DNA of 64,000 bases from NCBI GenBank assembly GCA_902625415.1, contig CACOBG010000007.1, forward strand, positions 6,757-70,756. Direction: 5' to 3'. Origin of the DNA: an uncultured SAR86 cluster bacterium. GTDB taxonomy: Bacteria; Pseudomonadota; Gammaproteobacteria; Magnimaribacterales; AG-339-G14. Of this stretch, positions 9,532-18,028 are shown piece after piece. A program made the position numbers and the translations under genes. The notes beneath the pieces are model-generated. The model searched no databases. It saw only the letters and a list, made by a program, of their open reading frames with translations, and was not told where the DNA came from. Position 1 is the stretch's first letter. Each line of letters begins with the position of its first letter.

Positions 9532-11136
9532 ATGAGCGCAGTAATAGAAGGACATCACGACGACCATCATCACCATGGTCCAGCTAAAGGAATAAGCCGT
9601 TGGTTGTTTACTACCAATCATAAAGACATAGGTTCTTTATACTTATGGTTCAGTTTCATCATGTTATTTATTGGTGGAGCAATGGCTATGGTCATCAGAG
9701 CTGAGCTCTTTGAACCAGGTAGTCAAATTGTTTCTCCTGAGTTCTACAATCAAATGGTTACCAATCATGGATTGATTATGGTATTCGGTGTCATCATGCC
9801 AGCTTTCGTGGGCTTCGCAAATTGGTTGGTACCAATGCAAATTGGCGCTCCAGATATGGCTTTACCAAGATTAAACAATTTAAGTTTTTGGATATTGCCT
9901 GCAGCTTTTGGTGTTTTGATAGCAACTTTCTTCATGGAAGGCGGCGCTCCAAACTTTGGATGGACTTTCTATGCACCACTCTCAACAGAGTATGCGCCAC
10001 CCACAGTAACTTACTTCATTTTTGCAGTGCACATTATGGGTGCTTCTTCCATTATGGGTTCAATCAACGTTATTACTACCATTTTAAATATGAGAGCTCC
10101 TGGCATGACTTTAATGAAAATGCCCCTCTTTGTATGGACTTGGCTGATTACTGCTTATCTATTGATCGCGGTAATGCCAGTTCTTGCTGGTGCTGTAACC
10201 ATGATGCTTATGGACATCCATTTTGGAACGAGTTTCTTCAAAGCCGGAGGAGGGGGAGACCCTGTTTTATTCCAACATGTTTTCTGGTTTTTTGGACATC
10301 CTGAAGTTTACATAATGATTTTGCCTGCTTTTGGAATTGTGTCTCACATTATCGAGACTTTCTCGAGAAAGCCTATTTTTGGTTACGAATCTATGGTTTA
10401 TGCAATAGCATCAATTGCATTGTTATCGTTCGTAGTTTGGGCTCACCACATGTTTACGGTTGGGATGCCAATTGCGGGCGAGTTGTTTTTCATGTATTCG
10501 ACAATGTTAATTGCAATTCCAACAGGAGTTAAAGTCTTCAATTGGCTATCAACAATGTTCAAAGGCTCACTAACTTTTGAAACACCTATGTTGTTTGCCA
10601 TTGCGTTTGTAGCGCTCTTCACTATTGGAGGGCTGTCAGGAATCATGCTTGCTATTGCTCCTGCTGATTTCCAATATCACGATACTTACTTTGTAGTTGC
10701 TCACTTTCACTATGTTTTGGTTCCAGGAGCTTTGTTCTCTATCATTGCTGGAGTTTATTACTGGCTTCCGAAGTGGACGGGTTACATGTATGACGAATTT
10801 ATGGGCAAAACGCATTTTTGGCTTTCCTTTGTTTCAGTGAATTTAACTTTTTTCCCAATGCATTTTGTCGGCTTAGCTGGAATGCCAAGAAGAATTCCAG
10901 ACTACGCTATGCAATTTGCGGATTACAACATGATCGTAAGTGTTGGGGCGTTCCTATTTGGGTTATCGCAATTACTCTTTTTATACGTAGTACTCAAAGC
11001 AATTTTCTACGGCAAGAAGGCTACCGGACAAGTTTGGGAAGGAGCCAAAGGTCTGGAGTGGACTTTAGATTCTCCGCCTGCTTATCACACCTTTGAAACA
11101 CCTCCTAACTTGGAGTCAGGAGAAGCCAAAGCTTAA
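9532..11136 (+). CDS. coxA: Cytochrome c oxidase subunit I (A-type)
   Basis: WFFGHPEVY, WAHHM, AHFH; His-rich N-terminus. Confidence 0.98.
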   Translation: MSAVIEGHHDDHHHHGPAKGISRWLFTTNHKDIGSLYLWFSFIMLFIGGAMAMVIRAELFEPGSQIVSPEFYNQMVTNHGLIMVFGVIMPAFVGFANWLVPMQIGAPDMALPRLNNLSFWILPAAFGVLIATFFMEGGAPNFGWTFYAPLSTEYAPPTVTYFIFAVHIMGASSIMGSINVITTILNMRAPGMTLMKMPLFVWTWLITAYLLIAVMPVLAGAVTMMLMDIHFGTSFFKAGGGGDPVLFQHVFWFFGHPEVYIMILPAFGIVSHIIETFSRKPIFGYESMVYAIASIALLSFVVWAHHMFTVGMPIAGELFFMYSTMLIAIPTGVKVFNWLSTMFKGSLTFETPMLFAIAFVALFTIGGLSGIMLAIAPADFQYHDTYFVVAHFHYVLVPGALFSIIAGVYYWLPKWTGYMYDEFMGKTHFWLSFVSVNLTFFPMHFVGLAGMPRRIPDYAMQFADYNMIVSVGAFLFGLSQLLFLYVVLKAIFYGKKATGQVWEGAKGLEWTLDSPPAYHTFETPPNLESGEAKA

Positions 11137-11138
11137 AA

Positions 11139-11675
11139 ATGTCCAGCATAAGAAAAAGTGTTTCCAAACTGTTTCTTGCAACAGTAGGAATGTTTTTATT
11201 TGGTTTTGCTTTGGTGCCCTTATATGACGTTTTTTGCGAAATAACTGGTCTAAACGGAAAAGTTACAGGCCCAACATTCTCGGAGTACGAAAATGTCGGC
11301 AACAGAGAAATTAAAATAATTTTCACTACAACCAACAATGATGATATGCCGTGGTTTTTCGATTCTTCAAAATCTCAGATGAGAGTTAAGACTGGGGAGC
11401 AAAACCTTTTGAACTATGTTTTTACAAACACCACGAACAAGCCAATGATTGCTCAAGCAATTCCTAGCGTGTCTCCTGGAAAGGGAGCTCAGTATTTCCA
11501 CAAGACGGAGTGTTTCTGTTTCGAGCAACAATTCTTAGAACCAGGGGAAAGCATAACGATTCCTTTAAAGTTTGTGATAGATCCAGACTTACCAAAAGAC
11601 ATTTCTTCACTAGCTTTAGGCTATACTCTTTTCGACATAACAAAAGACTTGGTACAAAAACAAGCAAGCAATTAA
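11139..11675 (+). CDS. ctaG: Cytochrome c oxidase assembly protein Cox11/CtaG
   Basis: PLYDVFCEITG, CFCF Cu motif. Confidence 0.94.
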   Translation: MSSIRKSVSKLFLATVGMFLFGFALVPLYDVFCEITGLNGKVTGPTFSEYENVGNREIKIIFTTTNNDDMPWFFDSSKSQMRVKTGEQNLLNYVFTNTTNKPMIAQAIPSVSPGKGAQYFHKTECFCFEQQFLEPGESITIPLKFVIDPDLPKDISSLALGYTLFDITKDLVQKQASN

Positions 11676-11679
11676 TACA

Positions 11680-12582
11680 ATGAGTTCTGAATCTTCTTAT
11701 TACGTTCCAGATAGTAGTAAGTTGCCCATTTTTATGGCTTTTGGGCTTTTGCTTTTTGTCTTGGGAGCTGGTGGAACCATAAATGATTTAGGTAAGGAAA
11801 GCTCAAATTCGTATTTGTTGCTCATGGCCTCTTTCGCTGTAATTTGGGGCGTAATGTTTGTTTGGTTCAGTAATGTAATTAGCGAAAACAATCAAAAACT
11901 CTATAGCGATCAGTTAAACAGATCTTTCGTTCATGGCATGGCATGGTTCATATTTTCCGAAGTCATGTTTTTCTTTGCATTCTTCTTAGCTCTAGGATAC
12001 GTGAGGCTCTTTGCAGTCCCTTGGCTTGGAGGCGATGGCGAGAAAGGAATTACAAATATCCTTTGGCCTGCTTTTGAATCGGCTTGGCCGGTTATGGAAA
12101 CTCCAGATAATGAAAACTTTCCTGGAGCATATAAAAATATGAACATACCAGGGATTTCTAAACTTCACACTTGGCTACCTTTCTGGAATACGCTCTGTCT
12201 GGTTACTTCAAGCGGAACGATAGCATTAGCCGAATCAGCACTGAAAAAAGGCAACAGGACATCTTTTAAAAGTTGGATGGTCGTAACAATTTCTTTAGGC
12301 TTTATCTTTGTATTTTTGCAAGGTCTAGAATATTACGAAGCATACGCTCATATGGGTTTAACGCTTGGCGCTGGAATTTATGGTACAACATTCTTTTTAT
12401 TGACGGGATTTCATGGTTTTCACGTATGTCTTGGGGCAATCATACTAACCATCATGACAATTAGAGGATTTAATGGAGCTTTTTCTAAACATGATCATTT
12501 TGGGCTTGCTGCTGGATCATGGTATTGGCACTTCGTAGATGTAGTTTGGATACTACTCGTTTTGGTCGTTTATGTATTTTAA
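11680..12582 (+). CDS. coxC: Cytochrome c oxidase subunit III
   Basis: FIFSEVMFF, TGFHGFHV, WYWHFVDVVW. Confidence 0.96.
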   Translation: MSSESSYYVPDSSKLPIFMAFGLLLFVLGAGGTINDLGKESSNSYLLLMASFAVIWGVMFVWFSNVISENNQKLYSDQLNRSFVHGMAWFIFSEVMFFFAFFLALGYVRLFAVPWLGGDGEKGITNILWPAFESAWPVMETPDNENFPGAYKNMNIPGISKLHTWLPFWNTLCLVTSSGTIALAESALKKGNRTSFKSWMVVTISLGFIFVFLQGLEYYEAYAHMGLTLGAGIYGTTFFLLTGFHGFHVCLGAIILTIMTIRGFNGAFSKHDHFGLAAGSWYWHFVDVVWILLVLVVYVF

Positions 12583-12785
12583 CCCCAAGGGGAATTTAGA
12601 CCCAATTGTCCAGTGAACAATCCATATCCGATAGTAAGTAAGAGAAGCATCGCTATTGTTACTCTCACTCTCAAACTGTAAATAGCCCTGACCGTATTAC
12701 CTTTATCTTTTAACAAGAAAAATGCACTCGAAAAAAGACTCACCAACATTGCTAGGGCAAGCACAGCGATTATAAATTTAAGCAT
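12579..12785 (-). CDS. Twin-transmembrane small protein (DUF2909-like) of cox clusters
   Basis: Two hydrophobic helices, SLRVRV motif; antisense position between coxC and SURF1 as in other gammaproteobacterial cox clusters. Confidence 0.8.
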   Translation of the reverse strand: MLKFIIAVLALAMLVSLFSSAFFLLKDKGNTVRAIYSLRVRVTIAMLLLLTIGYGLFTGQLGLNSPWG

Positions 12786-12790
12786 TGGGT

Positions 12791-13477
12791 ATGAATTTTT
12801 CTAAATATTTAATTGTTTCGATTTTCGTTCTCGTTTTTGTTGGCGCATTATCTCTTGGCGTATGGCAAATTGACAGAGGCTATGCCAAAAAAGCATTAGA
12901 AAATGCCTTTTCAGAAAGACAGTCTCTTCCAGTAGAAACAAATCCTGGAGAGCTGAATCAAGATTTATATTATAGGAATATACAAATTTCGGGAGTTTTC
13001 GGTAAAAAAACTTTTTTTGTGGATAATAAAACGTTTAACGGCAAGGCTGGCTACGTGGTTTTCAATCCATTTACTTTAGTAAGTAAAGAAAAAATTCTCG
13101 TTTCAAGGGGCTGGATAGAATCTGAACAAAGGGATTCTTTACCAGAACTTTCTTTGCCAAAAAAAAATTTAAAACTAGATGGAATGATAAGACCCTTTAC
13201 CAAAGACTTTGTTCTTAAAGACCAAGCTAAAAAGTTTGGTGAGAACTTCATAATCCAAGGATTGGATAAAGATCTAATGGAAGAATTAAGCGGGAAAAAG
13301 TTTACGCCATATGTGTTCGAATTATCGGCTTTATCTAACTTAAGTTTTGAGCCAATTTGGCAGCCAACTTCATTAAAATCAACCAGACATTTTGGCTATG
13401 CTATTCAGTGGTTTGCTCTCGCCTTGGTTGTTTTGTTTGGTGGCCTCTACCTATTTAGAAAGAGGAAAGTAATATGA
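12791..13477 (+). CDS. surf1: SURF1/Shy1 family heme-insertion protein
   Basis: LGVWQIDRG, LVSRGWI, HFGYAIQWF; ATG 12791 (TTG 12785 alternative). Confidence 0.9.
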   Translation: MNFSKYLIVSIFVLVFVGALSLGVWQIDRGYAKKALENAFSERQSLPVETNPGELNQDLYYRNIQISGVFGKKTFFVDNKTFNGKAGYVVFNPFTLVSKEKILVSRGWIESEQRDSLPELSLPKKNLKLDGMIRPFTKDFVLKDQAKKFGENFIIQGLDKDLMEELSGKKFTPYVFELSALSNLSFEPIWQPTSLKSTRHFGYAIQWFALALVVLFGGLYLFRKRKVI

Positions 13478-14055
13478 AAAACAAAGGCTTTCTTTTGGCT
13501 TTGATAATTTTTGGAACTCCTTTTTTGGTAATTTCCTTGTCTACTTTTTGGTATTACGCGGGGCTTGGTCCCAAAGCAACAGTCAATTATGGCACAATGA
13601 TAGAACCGCCGGTTGATTTGGGTAGTTTAGAGCTTGAGTTGAATTATCAGCCTTTGAATATTGATTCAATGGAAAGAAAATGGATGATTATTCATTTTTT
13701 AGACGATAGATGTAACGAAGACTGTTTAGAGGCCTTTTATTTTTCTAGGCAAATTAATACTGCGATAGGAAGAGAAAAGGACAGAGTTAAACGCTTTTAC
13801 GTCGCATCTTCCAAGACACAGGAAAAAGTAAAAAAACTATTTCAAAGTGAAAAAAATTTAACCGCAATATCTGCTAAAAATTTAAATTTATTAAGACAAA
13901 AAATGACTGAGGCCGGTATAAACCCCTTCATTCAACCAGGCTTTCTCTTAGCAGATCCGCTTGGGAATATCATTTTGTCCTATCAAGGAGATATCGATCC
14001 CAAAAAGATCCTATCTGATATAAAAAAATTATTAAGAGCATCGAAAATTGGCTAA
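13474..14055 (+). CDS. Cox-cluster-associated membrane-anchored thioredoxin-like protein
   Basis: N-terminal TM, NYGTMIEPP, C...C, DPLGN; conserved slot between SURF1 and ctaA. Confidence 0.75.
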   Translation: MKNKGFLLALIIFGTPFLVISLSTFWYYAGLGPKATVNYGTMIEPPVDLGSLELELNYQPLNIDSMERKWMIIHFLDDRCNEDCLEAFYFSRQINTAIGREKDRVKRFYVASSKTQEKVKKLFQSEKNLTAISAKNLNLLRQKMTEAGINPFIQPGFLLADPLGNIILSYQGDIDPKKILSDIKKLLRASKIG

Positions 14056-15043
14056 TTTAAAAAAAATTCAACTGATTGCATTGCTAGGAATATTTCTAGC
14101 TTTTACTGTAGTGGGGTTAGGTGCTTGGACAAGGCTTGTAGACGCAGGCCTAGGCTGTCCCGATTGGCCAGGCTGTTATGGCTTTGCTATTTGGCCAATG
14201 TCAGAATCTGAAATTTCACTGGCTAATGAACTTTATCCTGAGAGAAAATTTGAAATAGCCAAAGCAGTCCCAGAAGTAGTTCATAGATATTTTGCCGGGT
14301 CACTTGGCTTGCTTATCATTGGACTTTTTCTTTTTGCAGTTTTTTCTAAACCAAGAAATTCCTTTATTGTAAAAATTACCGCTACTATGACCGCTTTGGT
14401 TTTATTTCAATCACTTCTTGGTTATTTTACCGTTAGCTTGAAACTTTGGCCTCAGGTTGTAACTGCTCACCTGCTCGGTGGGTTTGCTACGACAACCCTA
14501 ATTTTCCTGACGTATCTGAAATTAAAAGAAATTAACTTAGAGAATATTAATTATTTTTCAGTATCTAAAAATACATTAAGAGCTCTTAATATTGCTTTTC
14601 CAATTTTGATTGCTCAAATTATTATGGGGGTGTGGCTTAGTTCAAATTATGCGGCCTTAGCTTGTTCTGATTTTCCGCTATGCAAAGGACAAATTCTTCC
14701 AGATGCTGATTATGTGAAAGGTTTAAACTTTGCTCAAAGAATCGGGCCTGACTATTTAGGTGGTCAATTAGATCATCAATCAAGGGTGGCAATTCACCTT
14801 GTTCATAGATTCGGCGCATTGATTGTGACTTTATACTTTTTGTTTTTAACCTACTTGTTCGCAAAAGAAAAAAATTATTTTATTTCCGGTCTTATAGGAG
14901 CTTTGCTTTTTCTTCAACTTGCATTAGGCATATCAAACATTATTTATAGACTTCCACTTTATGTTGCAATAGCTCATAATCTTGGAGCTCTTTTCCTATT
15001 ATTAGGTTTATCATATGCTAGATTAAGGTCCCGTGAATACTGA
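14048..15043 (+). CDS. ctaA: Heme A synthase (COX15/CtaA)
   Basis: GAWTRLVDAGLGCPDWPGC, EVVHR, AHLLGG, HLVHR, AHN. Confidence 0.93.
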   Translation: MANLKKIQLIALLGIFLAFTVVGLGAWTRLVDAGLGCPDWPGCYGFAIWPMSESEISLANELYPERKFEIAKAVPEVVHRYFAGSLGLLIIGLFLFAVFSKPRNSFIVKITATMTALVLFQSLLGYFTVSLKLWPQVVTAHLLGGFATTTLIFLTYLKLKEINLENINYFSVSKNTLRALNIAFPILIAQIIMGVWLSSNYAALACSDFPLCKGQILPDADYVKGLNFAQRIGPDYLGGQLDHQSRVAIHLVHRFGALIVTLYFLFLTYLFAKEKNYFISGLIGALLFLQLALGISNIIYRLPLYVAIAHNLGALFLLLGLSYARLRSREY

Positions 15044-15932
15044 AGTCATAACTCAATCCCAAAGGTTTCCTTTTTCTGGTTATCTTAAGCTCACCAAACC
15101 GTCAATTATCTATTTACTTGTCCTTACTTCAGCTACAGCAATGTTTTTGGCTGATGGGTTTTCAGGAAATTTGATGAAAGTAGCATTTGGATTATTAGGC
15201 ATAGGATTGATTGCCTCATCCAGCGCTGTAATTAATCAAATTCTTGATGTTGAAGTAGACAGCAAAATGGCAAGAACTAAAAACCGACCTATAGTTATAG
15301 GAGAAATTTCTGTAACAAATGCAAAGATTTTTGCAACAGCTCTATTAATTGTTGGAGCTATTATGTTGCTATTCTTTATAAACGTACTAACTCTTTTACT
15401 AACTCTTTTTACTTGGGCCTTCTATTCTTTTCTTTACACCAAAATACTCAAGTTTGCAGGCACTCAAAATATTGTTATTGGGGGGATAGCGGGAGCAATG
15501 CCGCCACTACTTGGTTGGACTGCAATTACTAACTCCATAGATGCCTTACCTTTGTTGATGGTCTTAATCATATTCATTTGGACGCCCCCTCATTTTTGGG
15601 CCTTATCAATAAATAGGAAAGAAGATTACGTAGCTGCAAAAATTCCCATGATGCCCGTTGTTAAAGGTACCGAGTACACAAAAATTCAAATTACTCTTTA
15701 TTCTGTTTTATTAGCTGTATCGTCTCTTTTTCCTTTTGCGACTGGCTACTTAGGCGGTTTTTATTTTTTCAGCGCAATTACTTTAAATGCTATATTCATC
15801 GGATTATCTATAGCCTTAATTTTTGATAAAAAAAACAAATTAGCTTTACCATTATTTCTTTACTCCATTGTCTTCTTAACAATATTGTTTATTTGCATGG
15901 CCCTTGATAAGTTGATTCCAATTCAATTATGA
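15033..15932 (+). CDS. cyoE: Protoheme IX farnesyltransferase (heme O synthase)
   Basis: LTKP, DSKMARTKNRP, WTPPHFWAL. Confidence 0.95.
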   Translation: MNTEVITQSQRFPFSGYLKLTKPSIIYLLVLTSATAMFLADGFSGNLMKVAFGLLGIGLIASSSAVINQILDVEVDSKMARTKNRPIVIGEISVTNAKIFATALLIVGAIMLLFFINVLTLLLTLFTWAFYSFLYTKILKFAGTQNIVIGGIAGAMPPLLGWTAITNSIDALPLLMVLIIFIWTPPHFWALSINRKEDYVAAKIPMMPVVKGTEYTKIQITLYSVLLAVSSLFPFATGYLGGFYFFSAITLNAIFIGLSIALIFDKKNKLALPLFLYSIVFLTILFICMALDKLIPIQL

Positions 15933-16567
15933 GTAACAACAAATCTATAAGAATTACTGTTGCGTCATGCTTGCTCTTTGTCTCCATGGTTGCAGGGCTT
16001 TTTGTATATACAACAGTATCTCCTAAAGAATTGACTGCAGCAGAATACAAACAAATAGGTTTTTATAAACTGGTTCGAACTAGGCAAATAAATAATTTTG
16101 AGCTTATCGAAGGGAGCAATAAGTTTTCTAATAATGATCTCAAGGGAGCATGGGATATATTATTTCTTGGTTTTGCATCTTGTCCTGATATGTGCCCGAT
16201 GACTATGAAGAAAATGGCAATGGCGAACAGTAGTCTTCCAGAAGAAATATCTTCAAAAGTAAATTTTAGAATGATCTCTGTTGATCCAGATCGCGATACT
16301 CCAAAAAAGATGCAGGAATATGCATCGGCATTTAATCCAAATTTCTCTGGAATTACCGGAGATATTGAAGTTATTTATAAGTTGGCCACAGATTTGACCT
16401 TACCTTTTGTTCCGGTGGTAGGCTCAGATAATTCCAATTACGATATGGATCATAGTATGAATCTTGCTGTTATCGACCCTAATGGTAATTATTTCGGATT
16501 TTTTAAGTCTCCTCATATGCCAGAAAAAATGGCAGAGGTTTTAGAAAGTATAGTTTCTTTCAATTAA
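15929..16567 (+). CDS. senC: SCO1/SenC copper chaperone
   Basis: CPDMCP, SVDPDRDT, DHS. Confidence 0.92.
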   Translation: MSNNKSIRITVASCLLFVSMVAGLFVYTTVSPKELTAAEYKQIGFYKLVRTRQINNFELIEGSNKFSNNDLKGAWDILFLGFASCPDMCPMTMKKMAMANSSLPEEISSKVNFRMISVDPDRDTPKKMQEYASAFNPNFSGITGDIEVIYKLATDLTLPFVPVVGSDNSNYDMDHSMNLAVIDPNGNYFGFFKSPHMPEKMAEVLESIVSFN

Positions 16568-16577
16568 AAATTTTTTA

Positions 16578-16630
16578 TTTAAAAAAATTTAAAAATTATA
16601 TATAGTTTCTTAATGAGAATAATTCTCATA
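16578..16630 (+). promoter_or_regulatory. Putative sigma70 promoter overlapped by a Fur-box-like palindrome
   Basis: TTTAAA(16578-83)-17 bp-TATAGT(16601-06); perfect 8-1-8 palindrome ATGAGAAT-A-ATTCTCAT at 16613-16629. Confidence 0.65.
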
Positions 16631-16653
16631 AAAATTTAATTGGGAGAAAAAAT

Positions 16654-17061
16654 ATGACCGCAGAACAAATAATGTTCAATTTCCAAAGCGGAAGAATGGT
16701 AGACGCTTTGGCTTTTATAGGAACTATTATAGCCATTTGGTTGGCTTTAAGAGTTGCAAACATGACAGGAGAAAATCCTGCCTCAAATCTTGTTACCAAA
16801 CTTGTATCAACTGGTTTTTGTGCCTGTATTATCGCTGGAAGCTGGCAAGCTTATACTTTCGCAGCTAATACTTTCATTATCACAGCTAGAAGAATTCAAG
16901 ATAATATAGAAAATGCTCCAAATCCTGAAGCTGCTCAAAACTTCATTGACTATGTTGGGACGACTCAAACATCAGCGACCCCAACTCCTTTGGGAATAGC
17001 ATTTTTAGCAATTGTAACCATCATGCTTCTTACTTTAATTTGGTTACCAAGAAATAACTAA
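16654..17061 (+). CDS. Unknown 3-TM membrane protein, paralog 1 of 3
   Basis: SD GGGAGA; three hydrophobic segments; shares W..R.A, N...K, A.NF...G, IW.P with the next two ORFs. Confidence 0.85.
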   Translation: MTAEQIMFNFQSGRMVDALAFIGTIIAIWLALRVANMTGENPASNLVTKLVSTGFCACIIAGSWQAYTFAANTFIITARRIQDNIENAPNPEAAQNFIDYVGTTQTSATPTPLGIAFLAIVTIMLLTLIWLPRNN

Positions 17062-17079
17062 TAATAGGAGAAGAAAGAT

Positions 17080-17493
17080 ATGGATCAGTTTCAAATAGGA
17101 ATGCTCTATAATGGGCTATTTACGTCAAATGCAATTTTTACAGGCGTCTTCATATTTCTTTTATGGATGATGTTTAGAGGTGCAAACCAATCTCACGAAA
17201 GAGGGGCAAACCTAATACAAAAAATTCTAGGTTCAGTAGTCTCGCTTTGTGTCATTGCTTTTAATTTAAATATGTTTAGCCAAGTTTTTGCGAATGTAAA
17301 CAACTATGCATACAGCTTATCTCAGCTTGATGAAATTAGCGAAGCTGGACAGGCATTTGTAAACGCAACCGGCGCTACAGAGGTTATTACTCCATCAATT
17401 ATACCTGGTGATCCAATAAGTATAGTTTTCTGGGCCATAATCACTCTGACTTTGTTAGCAACGATTTGGACGGCCCCGGAGCCAAAATCCTAA
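17080..17493 (+). CDS. Unknown 3-TM membrane protein, paralog 2 of 3
   Basis: SD AGGAGA; WMMFRGA, NLIQKILGS, AYSLSQL, IWTAP. Confidence 0.85.
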   Translation: MDQFQIGMLYNGLFTSNAIFTGVFIFLLWMMFRGANQSHERGANLIQKILGSVVSLCVIAFNLNMFSQVFANVNNYAYSLSQLDEISEAGQAFVNATGATEVITPSIIPGDPISIVFWAIITLTLLATIWTAPEPKS

Positions 17494-17502
17494 AAAAAAT
17501 TT

Positions 17503-17532
17503 AAAAAGGGAGGATTAACCTCCCTTTTTTTT
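17503..17532 (+). terminator. Intrinsic (bidirectional-type) terminator
   Basis: AAAAAGGGAGG-ATTAA-CCTCCCTTTTTTTT. Confidence 0.85.
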
Positions 17533-17562
17533 ATTTCATTTTAAAAGTTTAAGGAGGAAAAA

Positions 17563-17982
17563 ATGGAAGAAACACAAGTATGGAGCCTTTTTGCAATGCA
17601 GAACGTAGGCATCTCAATATATTTTGTTGGCATGATGTTTTTAGTATGGGTGGCATTTAGAGTTTCAAAAGGAATAAGTGAAGGTACAAACAACATTCTT
17701 ACGAAAGTCGTCGGTTCGGTTTTTGGTTTAGGAGTAGTATTTTTTGGTCTTCAAATTAATGCAATCGGAGACTATGTTGGCGGATCTGCTGCATACTCAC
17801 TCTCGCAACTTAAATCATCAGGCATAGAAGTATCGCCAATGGCAGAAAACTTTATTGCGATGAATGGAGCAGGATCTGCCCCTGAATTTTCTATATATCC
17901 TGGTGTAGTTGGAGTGATTTGGTGGTTGAGTGTTTTAATTATTATTCTTTTTCCAATCTGGGGACCGAAGTCTTCAAATTAA
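17563..17982 (+). CDS. Unknown 3-TM membrane protein, paralog 3 of 3
   Basis: SD AAGGAGG; WVAFRVS, NILTKVVGS, AYSLSQL, IWGP. Confidence 0.85.
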   Translation: MEETQVWSLFAMQNVGISIYFVGMMFLVWVAFRVSKGISEGTNNILTKVVGSVFGLGVVFFGLQINAIGDYVGGSAAYSLSQLKSSGIEVSPMAENFIAMNGAGSAPEFSIYPGVVGVIWWLSVLIIILFPIWGPKSSN

Positions 17983-18001
17983 ATTTGAATAAATAATTTA
18001 G

Positions 18002-18028
18002 AAAAAGGGAGGGAAACCTCCCTTTTTT
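18002..18028. terminator. Bidirectional intrinsic terminator between paralog 3 and the qor-like gene
   Basis: AAAAAGGGAGG-GAAA-CCTCCCTTTTTT between convergent genes. Confidence 0.88.

Noticed and set aside
9547-9576. His-rich N-terminus of CoxA (HHDDHHHH) and cytochrome c fusion on CoxB
   Set aside because: Both are common in gammaproteobacterial aa3/caa3 oxidases.
12783-12793. DUF2909-like and SURF1 genes start head-to-head only 5 bp apart
   Set aside because: This arrangement is the known conserved layout of gammaproteobacterial cox clusters, not a novelty.
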